Source: the human T2T-CHM13v2.0 reference genome, Homo sapiens. Taken from it: a stretch of 64,000 nt of DNA. Below the pieces are notes generated by a model, which ran no database searches, was not told the origin of the DNA, and saw nothing but the letters and a program-made list of their open reading frames with translations. The position numbers were made by a program, and so were the translations under genes. Numbering within the stretch: the first letter of the stretch is position 1; the number at the start of each line of letters is the position of its first letter. Shown one piece after another: positions 43,133 through 54,894 of the stretch. The stretch lies in assembly GCF_009914755.1 (NCBI RefSeq), contig NC_060934.1. One strand, written 5' to 3'.

Positions 43133-43814
43133 TGGCAGGGCTGGGGGCAATTTTAAAGCTTGGACTTTGACAAAACAATTTACTGACTATAAGTACTTTT
43201 CTTGTTCTGTAAGCATGAGAGAAGACTGGAACTAGGCAGCTAATTTAGAGTAGCTAATGCCACGAAGATCCTTAACCCACAGATAGCTCTAGGAAGGTCG
43301 TGTTCAGCAGGACAACTCCCAACATACAAGAGAAAGGCAGAGACAGTGAATGACAGTCTCTCACCATGGAGGGTAAGAAGTGATCCTACAGGCAGCAAAA
43401 TCAATCACCAAATTTATTTTTCCTGCAACTTTTGTTAAGTACTTACAAATTAATTCCTTATATCCTAATAGCTACAATCCTTTGTGAGAATCTGCAATTA
43501 GGATTCACCTAATGTCACCTAAAAGGTCATTTCTATTGCTCAAAAACTATGGAAATCTGGCACAGGTTTTGCGCTTGTGTTTGTATCACAGTGCCACGAA
43601 AAAAGCTCTGCTTCTTAAAACAGGGATATGCGATGTTCTCAACTTGAACAAGCATTAGCATCAGAGATGCTAGCCACACCTGCATCATATAGAAATATTC
43701 AAGTATATCACAGAGTGCTGGGTAACCCTTCAAAATAGGTCCAGTTGACACCTACTGACTAATCACTCCATGTAGCCAAGACCAGGAGGACTTTCTGACC
43801 TCTCAGCAGGAACA

Positions 43815-44620
43815 ATGTTGACCACATCATTCTAATTAATTAAAAACACATCCTTGCTTTAATGGCTTTAGTGACTGCACTCTTTTGGTTTTCCTCCTCT
43901 CTCTGCAATGGCCTCTTCTCAGTTACCAACAGCTCCTTCCTCTGCCCCATTCCTGCCCTGAGCGCCAGTGATATTCAAAGGGGCCTTAGAACTCTCTCTG
44001 GCCACCTTCTATTACTCCTTCCCTCTATACGCACTTCCCAGACCATCTGTTCACTCACACTGCCATGGTTGCAAGCACCACCTGACATGTCTTTGATTTC
44101 CAAATCTCTACAGTGCCAGCCCTTCCCCCTCTTCCACCCTCCAGTTCCCTCCAGGTAGACATATCACAGGCTTATGAGATGCAACATGTCACATGTCCTC
44201 CAAATAGGATCCTCTTCCAGTATTTACTAGCCGGTGTGTGACTATCCACCCAGCTGACCAGGCTAAAACTGTGGCAATTCTTTCTTATTGTTCTTTCTCC
44301 TTTCTTTTTTTTTTTTTTTTTTTTTTAACATCAAATCAAATAAGCAAGTCCCCTAGAGTCTACCTGAGAAATACATCTATATGTCTCTGTCCCTACGGCT
44401 ACCTCCATCACTGGCCACAATTTTTACAAAAGCTGCCTCACAGTTCCTGACATCACTCTGGTCTAGCCCTTCAGTTCACTCTACACACTGTGGTTAGAGG
44501 AATCTTTTAATTTTCTAAACACTGTAAACTTTATCAAGCTATTCTCTTGAATGGCTACCCACTATCTTTAGGAGCAGAGTCAAGCCATATCGAGTCATTT
44601 ATGAGAGGCCACCTGCCTCT
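43815..44620 (+). mobile_element. Degraded L2 fragment
   Basis: Pyrimidine-rich L2-like blocks (gactgcactcttttggttttcctcctctctct; ccaaatctctacagtgccagccc; caagtccctagagtctacct). Confidence 0.55.
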
Positions 44621-44784
44621 CCAATGCCTCCAGGTTCCTCATCCCACCCTCGCAAGCCGAGAGGATTTCCACCATCTAAATGGTGTTTTTCAAATTTTGT
44701 TTTGGAACTCACTGAAGACCTGAAATTGATTTAGTGGCACTTACTTACCATTTAAAAAAAATGAATTGCAGAATATTAGTATCA

Positions 44785-45050
44785 ACAGCAGCAGCTAATA
44801 CCCACAAAGTACTTACTTTGTACCAGGAGGAGTTCTAAAATGCTTTGTATCTATTAATTCCCATTAGCTTCAAAACAACCCTGTGAGGCAGGTACCATTA
44901 TTATCCACACTTCACAACTGAAAAAAGTAAAACACAAAGAGGTTAATTAACTGGCCCCACATACAAGGCTGGTGAGCATACAGCTGGGATTTGAACTCAG
45001 GACATCTAAATTTAGAGTTTAGGTTCTTAGCCACTACCCTATGCTGCTGC
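44785..45050 (-). mobile_element. MIR SINE
   Basis: caaaacaaccctgtgaggcaggtaccattattatcc ... ggttaattaactggcccc ... gggatttgaactcagg. Confidence 0.8.
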
Positions 45051-46697
45051 TCAATAAATACATCACACTCCATCACACTGAGAAGGGCAGGTATCACTTG
45101 TTCTGTGAAATGTTTACTTTAGCTATCTGTGCCCATACCTGTACACGAGGTTGCAAGGTAGGATGTATTTCTTCTTACAGATGATATCAAAAAAGGTTAA
45201 ATCCCACTGCTGCAAAACACTCCTTTTTCCCCTTTGAGTTCAGAGAAAGAAGTCAAAACCTCTTTCAGACCTGTTTTAATGTCATTTTTCAGAAGAAGGC
45301 AGATGGCTTCTAGTCTGCGCTAGGCCCATTTGTGGCAAGTTCCCACAATGTCCCCATCTCCCTTTCACGAGGCCCTGGAGCAGGACCTACTTACTCAGTG
45401 ACTGCCACGTCTCCTGTATCCACCACTAAATCCCCAACACCTCTAACACTGCCAAGGATGTAGTAGGCACTCCAGTAAATATTTGTTGAATGTATGAAAC
45501 AAATGGTTTTACCTCTCAATTACTAAAATCATCACACCTGCTCCAAAACCAAGTTAAAAAAAAAAAAATCCACCTGCCCATCATTAGAAACCATTTTTGC
45601 CAGGTGAAAAATAAAACCCTCAGAATTTATTTTACTGCCCAGGTGAATTTTTTTTTTTTTTTTTGTGCAAGGCAGGTAAAACTTTATGTGAATGTGTTCT
45701 GCCTAAGTGATTATCAATGCTTTGCCACTGTGCTCAAAGTAACATCAGGCAACTGGCTATTGCTACGGCCTAGAAAGAACATCGAAGGAAAATTTCCATC
45801 CTGTTAGAGTACCTACTTGCAGTTGATCTAAACTTTACTTTCTCAAAATTGTTCCAGAATCAAGATATCCTGAGATAAATTAAACAGATGTCATCACTTT
45901 CTCAATTAAGAAAATGATTTTATTTTTGACACTGAGCTTAAGACCTCCATTCCAAAAAAAAAAAAGGAAAATATTTTTACTACTATAAAAGGAGATAAAA
46001 TTTTTAAAAAGGAAAGAAATCTGAAATTCTAGGAATAGAAAAGCTCAACTTGGGATGTTTTCCTAATAGCTAAAATCAGCTATAAGAGCAGGAATTCGGT
46101 AAGATGTTTTTTTTTTTCCTCTACAATCTTCAGTTAGTGGAAATTTACAAAGGTCAGGTTTGAGGATCCCAGACAGATGTGAGACAGGTGATGCTGAGCT
46201 TGAATAGCCTCCCAAGGAGCAAAGCCCTGAGAGGTGAGCCAGTGTACCCACCAAGGATCAGGCAATTGTGAGCTGGGCGGCACTGACAGGGCATGGGCTG
46301 AGGTGGAGAGGAAGACAAGGAGACAGAGGAATGAGCAGAGGATGCAAAAACTGCTAACACAGTCTGCGGAAAAGACCTCATAATTGTTTTGATAGGGAAA
46401 AATCAGAGGCAGCAATGGTGGAGCAAGATAGAGGTACAACGTGGCATGCAGTAAGGAAAGGGGAAAATGAGGGTGGGAACAGGAAGAGGCAGGGAATGCG
46501 CAGCACAGAGCCACCTAGAAGGAAGAGAGCCGGAGGAAAGAGGGCATTGTTTTAAAATCGTCCTCGTTTGTGTTCTGGAGCAGGGATGGCTGCCATCGCA
46601 CCTACACAGACAGGTCTGAGAGTCTGTGAAGAGGGAGAGGAATGAGACAGCTGGTAAGTTTTTCATTAGCAGTAAAAATCCTTAAGAATTATTTTGG

Positions 46698-46834
46698 TGC
46701 CAGGCATTGTGTTCCATGCCTGTAATCCCAGCACTTTGGGAGGCCGAGGTGGGAGAAACACTCGAAGCCAGGAGTTTGAGACCAGCCAGGGCAACAAAGT
46801 GAGTCCCCATCTCTACAAAATTAAAAAAAAAAAA
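46698..46834 (+). mobile_element. Free left Alu monomer (FLAM-like) with a perfect 14-bp TSD
   Basis: TSD aagaattattttgg at 46684-46697 and 46835-46848. Confidence 0.9.
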
Positions 46835-47069
46835 AAGAATTATTTTGGGAAGAGAAGAGACCATAGACAGAGAAAGCTATAGAAATCAAGTAGGAATAAA
46901 ACGTGAAAGTCAGGTTCAAAAAATACTAACTTCTGCATTTCCAAGCTAGTAACATGTGAGTGCTTTTTTCCATAGCACTCACAATAGCAATGCCATGTCG
47001 CATAGCAATCTTGGCTCCCACATAGGTTTTAGGGGTGGCAAAACCTACCCGGAAGGGTAAGACGGCTCA

Positions 47070-47330
47070 GATGGTGCAGGAGAGTGTTAGGAACACGGCC
47101 TTTGAGGTTGACCATTGTTCAAATTCGGTGTGACTCTACCACCAATTACCTTGTGACCTTGGTAAGTTCTTCTCCACACCTTTATGTTTTAGTTTCTTCA
47201 TTCATAAAACAGGGCTAAAATTAGTACCTTATAGGGTTATTATGAGGTGTAAAGGGGTTATTGAAAACAATGTTCTCTGCAGTGTCCACCAGTATCAACA
47301 TGCAATGAATGAATGCTGACTGCTAGCCAC
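47070..47330 (+). mobile_element. MIR SINE
   Basis: tgtgaccttggtaagttcttctc...agtttcttcattcataaaacaggg...atagggttattatgagg. Confidence 0.7.
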
Positions 47331-48180
47331 AGTATTGGCTACATGAGAAATAGCTTATTGTTTGCCTTAAAAAGTCAGAATGACCAACATACCACCTGAC
47401 AAAATCAGAAATGGAATAAAAACTGATAATAGATCATCCTCTAAATTAGCCAGGAGAGTGGAAATTGAGAAACCTTAATATAGCAAGTTAGAAAAATTTT
47501 GTAGTTGGTTTCCATCACTTTAAAGTATCTGTTCAGTTCATTTCAAAGTATCTGTTCCTTTGTATGAGCAGAGACTGTAAAGTTCTTCATTTCCTTTTTT
47601 TAAAAAAAGACTAACATTGTTAGATAATATTGTCATTATAAAAGAAATGGAAGGCACAATATAAATATTATAAATGTCATGGGAGAAGAAACTAAGAAGG
47701 TGAGGTTGTCATCAGCCTGTCAAGGCATACCTCAGATTCCAGGCCCCAGGTATGGGCTGGGCCCTGGTGCCTCTTGAGAAATGTGTGGATACCTAGCAGC
47801 GGTAGTGAAAGGGAAACCCCAGAGCGCCTCCAGTGGGCGAGGCAGAGGTTGTCTGTAAGTGGCCCATGGCTGGGGCCTTCAGAAGGGAGGCCTTCCACCT
47901 GCTCATTTGCTCTGCAGCAGCTGCCCACAAAGCTTGTAAGGAGTAAAACCAGTTTTGACTTCTTTAGAAACAGAATCTTACACAACTCCTAGACTCTGAC
48001 GTTTTCAGGCGTAGGCAGACATGAAACGGCAATTTTAACACGAACTCTTTGCTTAAATCTATCACCACTCAACTATACAATCCTCAGCCTGAAAACAGGG
48101 AATTTCCCAACATGGAATGTTTAATCTGGTAATCATAATTATCTTTTCTGACAGTCTTATGTAGAGAATACTTAAATCAT

Positions 48181-48468
48181 GGCTGGGCACAGTGGTGCAC
48201 GCCTGCAATCCTAGTAGTCTGGGAGGCCAGGCAGGAGGATCACTTGAGGCCAAGAGTTTGAAAATACCCTGGGCAATAAAGTGAGACCCTGTCTTTACAA
48301 AAAGTAAAAAATTTTAAAAAATAGCTGGGCATGGTGACATGCACCTATAGTCCCAGCTACTCAGGAGACTGAGGCAGGAGAATCACCCAGGAGTTCAAGG
48401 TTGCAAGGATCATGTTACTGCACTCCATCCAGCCTGGGTGACAGAGCAAGATCCTGTCTCTAAAAAAA
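48181..48468 (+). mobile_element. Alu (AluJ-like)
   Basis: Dimer. Confidence 0.9.
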
Positions 48469-48496
48469 TTTTTTTATTAAAAAAATTCAAAATTAA

Positions 48497-48778
48497 GCTG
48501 GGCACGGTAGCTCACGCCTGTAATCCCAGCACTTTGAGAGGCACAGGTGGGCGGATCATTTGAGGTCCAGAGTTGGAGACCAGCATGGCATACATAGTGA
48601 AACCCCATCTCTACGAAATTAGGTGAGTGTGGTGGCTCATGCCTGTAATCGCAGCTACTTGGGAGGCTGAGGGAAAACTGACTGAACCCAGGAGGCAGAG
48701 GTTGCTGCAGTGGGCTGAGATCGCGCCAGTGCACTCCAGCCTGGGCGACAGAGCAAGAATGTCTCAAAAAAAAAAAAT
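48497..48778 (+). mobile_element. Alu (AluS-like, shortened linker)
   Basis: Dimer with a TSD resembling tcaaaattaa. Confidence 0.9.
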
Positions 48779-48856
48779 CAAAATTAATGTTTTTTAATTT
48801 ACAAAAATCATCTATGGCTATTTTTAGCAGAATAAAAGAACTTCAATAATAAACCG

Positions 48857-49156
<300 letters not shown>

Positions 49157-49368
49157 TCAAATACCATGACGTAGATCCATGGAGCATGAAAGGCTGCTCT
49201 TTGGGGACTGTGTGTGCAGTCACAGGTATGTACGTATACAAAGGCAGAGACGGCAGTGACATTGCCTTCCAAAGATGGGAACGCCAGCATTGTCCTGGTA
49301 TGAAGACTTGTCATAAATTGCAAAATTACCCCCAACAGAAGTTTCCAGCATACACTATTCACCGCTGA

Positions 49369-49675
<307 letters not shown>

Positions 49676-50334
49676 CAAAAGTTTTATTTATTCATTCACT
49701 CAACGCTGTTTTAGTCTGGATTTAATCACAAGCAGACCCTGGGACAAGGATTCAGGACAGTGGTTTAAGGGAAGAAACACTTGGGAGAGAAGTGGAGATG
49801 CCACAGTGGGGAGGAAAGGCTGTCACAAAGGGATGTTACCGAGCCTGTGAAACTGTGGGTATGGGGAACACAACCCCACAGGCAAACTCTGGGAGCAGGG
49901 TAGGGGCTGCTGCCTCTCGACCTGAAATGCACACAGGAATCCCCAGGGTTGTTAAGCTGCACATTCTAATGTCAGCAGATGTGGGCAGGGCCTGGGATTC
50001 CACATTTCCAACAAGCTCCTGGTCTGAGGGTGAAGAGTGCAGACCTTATGACTTAGTGCTATAAACCCAAGGGCCATGGAGACTGGGGTACATTTACACT
50101 GGCGTTGAAGGCTGCTCCAAGGTGTTATTCCTGGGCACATCCAGCAGGCACAGATGGAAACACAGAGCTGCCTTCCAAGACTTCAGAGAGGCCTCAGACA
50201 CAGAGGCAGAGAATGGCCACTGAAGGGGTTTGGCAATGGGCATCTGTTACACTTACTGGGCACTGATGATGGACGCATCATGCAGTCTGCCAGGGATACA
50301 GCAGGGGAAAAATGGGTTAACATTCTCTGTCAAT

Positions 50335-51755
50335 GTCAATGTATATTTACATCAAATGAGTGGGATCTATCATAGCTCAGGTAGGAGTGCAAATGTGAAA
50401 AATGATGCCAAAAAGTGGGTTAGAAAAGTGTCAGGGTGAGAGGGAGCAGAGTTTGCAATTTTGGCTAGACCCTCTAAAAAGCTGACTCTTGAATAAAGAT
50501 GTTAAAGGTACAAGAGTGAACCTAGGAATACCTGAGAAAAGGCTATTCCAGGTAGAGGCAGGATCAAGGGAAAAGGCTCTAGTGGACCCGGTAGGTTCAG
50601 GGAAGAGTAAAGTTACTGAAGGAAAGAGCGGTAGGGACAAGGTCAAAGAGGCTGGGGTGGGGGACCAAGTTCTGTAGGGCCCTAAGGATTTGGTTTTTGC
50701 TCTGAGTGGTGCCGAAGGCTACTGGGGGTTGAACAGAGGAGGGAAAAGTGACTTCTGGATGTGGTGGTGAGAATAAACTGCAGGAAGCAGGGGTTGAGGC
50801 AGGGAGCACAGTGAGAGGGCTACTGCCTAAGCCAGGAAGAGGGCACACAGAGCTTGGACCACTGGGGCACAGTAACAGCGGCACTGGGGGCTGAAAAGTA
50901 GGATTGCAGATGTGTACCAAAAACAGAGCTAATGGACTTTTGCTTTTATACATTCTTAAACTGCTTGTGGGGCATAAGGGAAAATCAGGTGTCAAGGATC
51001 ACTCCAAAGCTTTGGATCTAACCAACTGAGAAGACAGAACTGCCATTATCTGAGAAAGGGAAGGCTCGCGGGAGCAGTTTGCGGGGAGGGGGAATCCAGC
51101 AGTGAGTTGGGAGCGTGTGAAGTTTCAAGTGTCTGGTTGATCTCCAAGTGAATGTGTCAAGAAGATGGTTAAACTACAAATGAAGAGTTCCAAGAAAATG
51201 TCCAGGCAGGAGAGGTGAATTTGAGAGTCATCTGCCTATAGGCTGTATTTGGATCACAAAGGCTGTTTCCTGAGAATATCAAAATTCTGTGTTACCAAAA
51301 AGAGAAAACAAAAGGACTTCGGACTGAGCACCTGGGGCACAAGACCTGGAGGACAGAGTATGGCACAGAATTAGCAAAGGAGACAAGACAGGGTAGGCCA
51401 GGGAGGAGGAGGGAAAGCTGGCAAAGTTGGTCTCAAAGGAGAGCCATGATTAACATGCTGGGTACTGCCAGTGGACCACGATGAGGGATGAAAATGGACC
51501 CCGACTTCCCAAGGAAGAGGAACTGGTGACCTGGACGAGAACAGGATTTGCTGAGTGGAAGGGGTGAAGGATTCATTGAAGCAAGTTCAAGAGAGAATCG
51601 GAAAAAAGAGACAGCAAATATATCAAAGGGTCTGCTGTGGTGGGCAAGAGGACATGAGATCGTAGTTGGAGAGTAAGTAGGGCTAAGAGAGAATTTTCTC
51701 TAAGATGGAGGAGGTAACAGCATGGTGCAAAACAATGTGAATGATCCTGTAGAGA
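50335..51755 (-). mobile_element. Long degraded L2 fragment
   Basis: ggatttggtttttgctctgagt...gaaggctactgggggttgaacagagg; gtcaaggatcactccaaagctttgg; gaatttgagagtcatctgc; tggtgacctggacgagaacagg. Confidence 0.7.
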
Positions 51756-51764
51756 GAAGAGCAA

Positions 51765-52057
51765 TGCCAGGGGCAGTGGCTCATGCCTCATCTCAGCATG
51801 CTGGGAGGCAGAGGCCAGAGGATTGCTTGAGGCCAGAAGTTTGAGACCAACCTGGTCAACAAAGTGAGATCCCACCTCTATATAAAATTTAAAAAGTAGT
51901 AGGCACAGTGGTGCACGCCTGTAGTCCCAGCTACTGGGAAGGCTGAGGTGGGAGCATCACTTGAGCCCAGCAGTTCAAGGTGCAGTGAGGCATGATTGCA
52001 CCACTGTACTCCTGCTGAGCAAGACCCTGTCTCCAAAAAAAAAAAAAAAAAAAAAAA
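51765..52057 (+). mobile_element. Alu (AluJ-like) with a long poly-A
   Basis: Dimer with deletions. Confidence 0.88.
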
Positions 52058-52074
52058 GGCAGACACAGATGGAT

Positions 52075-52375
52075 CAGATGGATTTAGAAGAGAGAAGAAA
52101 TAATTAAACATTGTTGGGGCAATGTCCTGCAAGAGGGAAGAGAGGACCAGAATGGTTTTTTGGGAGCTTGGCCTTGGCTTACAGCATGGGATGGAGGTGG
52201 GGGCAGAGGTTCAACCATCTCCCCCACCCCCCCGCCCCCCCAAGAAGAAAAGAGTAGTCATGGATGATGCAGAAAGAATTATGAATTGCTTGCAGGAGGC
52301 AAGAGAGGACCAGAATGGTTTGGCTCTTGGCTTAAAGCATGAGATGCAAGTGGGGAAAAGGATCAACCATCCAAA
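52075..52375. repeat. Diverged direct duplication, period about 163 bp
   Basis: aagagaggaccagaatggttt at 52138 and 52301, each followed by cttggctta(c/a)agcatg(g/a)gatg and tcaaccatc. Confidence 0.8.
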
Positions 52376-53729
52376 AAAAAAAAAAAAAAACTGCAAGCAG
52401 AGAGGTTAATAGGAGACCTGGTTATTTCACTATGATCCAAAATTTAATCTGATTTTAGTCTTTTGCTTCTAAATTGGCTATTATTAAACATAGGTCAGAA
52501 GAAAACCATTCAACGCTCAATTAGGAAAGAGATCCCCCAGTGAATTCTTTAAAAGATTGTCAGGACAAAACAATTACCTTTATATACTAATTTGTGGCTT
52601 GATACAAGTACATTTAGGAGTAACATGTACTTGATCTATTATATTTAATGTAAACAATATGGAACCTTAATGGTAACAAGTAAAAGCATTCACAAGGAAT
52701 ATTTCCAACATATGTTGTGGTGAATATCATTAGCTGAGCTTGTCTTCTAAGTGCATTTTTCAATGGTGCGATAGTATTTATTTACCCTGTGTTATTAGAA
52801 AGTGAATAGTCAGTAGCCTTCAATTTTCACATCAATTGCAGAAAAAAGATTCCATTTTCCACACAGCCTGGAATTGAAATTGACTTAGCATCTCAGAACT
52901 GTCAAGAATTTCTTTTGCGAAAAGGTTTGCTTTAGAGAGACTATCAAGTAGGTGTCATCCTTGACACCTGCATTCTATATTCATGCCACAGGTCTATGGA
53001 AAAGAAACATTAAAGAATGTCAGAAAAGGTCTGAGAGAGGCCCAGCCGTCATGCTTTGTGCCTCCTCAGCTTCCTCTGCATTCAGCCTGGGCGCTGTGGA
53101 TGTCAGAGGTTCTCTATTTAAAACTGCTAACCAGGAAAAGAAGAATACTTGAAGAATATGATATCAGCTACCTTAGAACTTGTCTTTGCTAGCAGGTCAG
53201 TTGGACATTTATTTTCCTGTGTTAAAAATGGGAACCTCTGTTTCAATTCAAATTAATAGAAGCATACATTAAGTCCTTAGGATTTACAAATTCAGAACTC
53301 ACTCCAAGGAAACCTCCCAGGGTGTATAATCACAAAACAGAGCTGTTCTTTGTCCAGGTGACAAACAAGAAAGCAAATAAAATTATGTAAAATCTCACTG
53401 TGTTTCATTTGGAGAAGCATTGTTTTCTATGTGCTTACTTTAACTGTATTCCTTAAATCATCAGCAGATTGCACAGGATGCCACTTGATGTACCAATGTG
53501 AAACTGGTCACATTAATCCCCATGGCAATTAGGTCCAAGTCATAAAAAACTAGCATGACAAATAAACACTCTTCTGTGTGTCTCCTTACTAGAACTGAGG
53601 GCTTTCACTTGGGCGGGGGCGAGGGTAGAACTGCAAACTGCTTTCAAGTCAGAGCAGAGGTCAAGCCTTCTCACAGGCACTCAACCCAATCCACAATACC
53701 CTTTATCAGATGGTTTTCAAGACTTCAGT

Positions 53730-53842
53730 TATTTATTTTTTTTTATTTATTTTTTTTAATAGAGACAGGGCCTTACTGTGTGGCCCAGGCTCGTCTCGAA
53801 CTCCTGTGCCTGGAATTACAGGTGTGAGCCAATGAACCCAAC
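53730..53842 (-). mobile_element. Deleted Alu monomer
   Basis: tagagacagggccttactgtgtggcccaggctcgtctcgaactcctg...ttacaggtgtgagcc. Confidence 0.75.
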
Positions 53843-54752
53843 CCATGTTTATTTTCAGTAAGAATGCAATGCTAACATTTTCAGGAAAAAGAGTTAATTA
53901 AATATACAGTCTCTGTCTCAAATCCTGGGAAGCCATGAATAATGAAACTGTGAATTAAGGCTTCTTACAAGAGAGAAGGCTTCAAACCACAGTAAGGACC
54001 ATTGGAGATCCACCTGCACTAGCATTGGATCTGTGATTCGAACACTTGGCCGGGCAGACTCTTTCCAGAAACATTTATGAAAGAGTGTGTGCTCTCTCGA
54101 CACGTGGTCTCAGCAAACCTTGGGATTACTATATGCCAAAGTAGCTCTGCTTTTTTCACACGGGAAGAACCTGCTGGTTCAGCCATCTAAGCACAGAAAT
54201 TTATTTTCCTACACCACCACCCCCCTGCCAACCACCCATTTTTGGTCTAAACTCTGTAATCCACAAAGGGACTGAAACCTTTGCCAAAAAGGCCCTTTCA
54301 AACTGGTCCATCTGGTCATGAATCTATCCGTTGCATCTCATCCCTGATGGGTGACTGTACCAGCCCACACACCTCTTTGCCTCTGCCCTGAATCACCTGT
54401 AACATCTGCCTGTGTCCCAAAGTCACTGGTGGTTACACAACACAACCAAATGGGTGGTGGCCCTTTACAGAATCTTGAAAACTCTGATTCTAATATCCAA
54501 TGGGTGTGTGCTGATGATTTCTGAATACGCCAGCAGTGAGAGGACTATGGTTTTCCACTATGAAAAGGGGCCAATAAAGAAAGGAAAGAGAAAAAAACAC
54601 GTCTCTGCCTTTTCAAGCGTAATTTAAACCCCAAGCTTGAAATCAAGATCCAAAAGTTCCAAATGGATTAATAAGGAAATTACTAAACCATCAAACTGCT
54701 GATGTCGTAAACAAAATTCGTCAACAGCCACTAAGAATTCATTAAAAGTAAA

Positions 54753-54758
54753 TTTATT
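54753..54758 (-). terminator. Candidate polyadenylation signal AATAAA for the short PARD3 isoform
   Basis: Plus-strand tttatt about 70 nt downstream of the TGA, followed on the minus strand by U/GU-rich sequence (ttcttagtggctgttg). Confidence 0.6.
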
Positions 54759-54827
54759 GTTTGTTTAAAAAAAACAACAACTGTGCAATATGTGCTGTTC
54801 AAGACATGTTTTGAATCGCTTTGTTGT

Positions 54828-54858
54828 TCATCTCTTCTCGGGCTTCAGTTTGGCAAGG
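54828..54858 (-). CDS. PARD3: PARD3 alternative last exon, coding part: (S)LAKLKPEKR-stop, the C-terminus of the short isoform
   Basis: Minus strand reads ctctcatttag|C CTT GCC AAA CTG AAG CCC GAG AAG AGA TGA. The phase-2 join to the 59583 donor gives F-S-L-A-K-L-K-P-E-K-R*, which I recall as the truncated PAR3 isoform C-terminus. Branch point and polyA signal are both present. Confidence 0.92.
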
Positions 54859-54887
54859 CTAAATGAGAGACACGGTACAGACACACA

Positions 54888-54894
54888 GTTAGTA
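54888..54894 (-). promoter_or_regulatory. Consensus branch point TACTAAC of the alternative last exon
   Basis: Plus-strand gttagta equals minus-strand TACTAAC, with the branch A about 30 nt upstream of the acceptor AG (54860-54859). Confidence 0.8.

Noticed and set aside
49700-50250. Cluster of overlapping short ORFs in a GC-richer segment
   Set aside because: It resembles a degraded ERVL-type LTR with a MER5-like piece; no splice-supported or recognisable protein.
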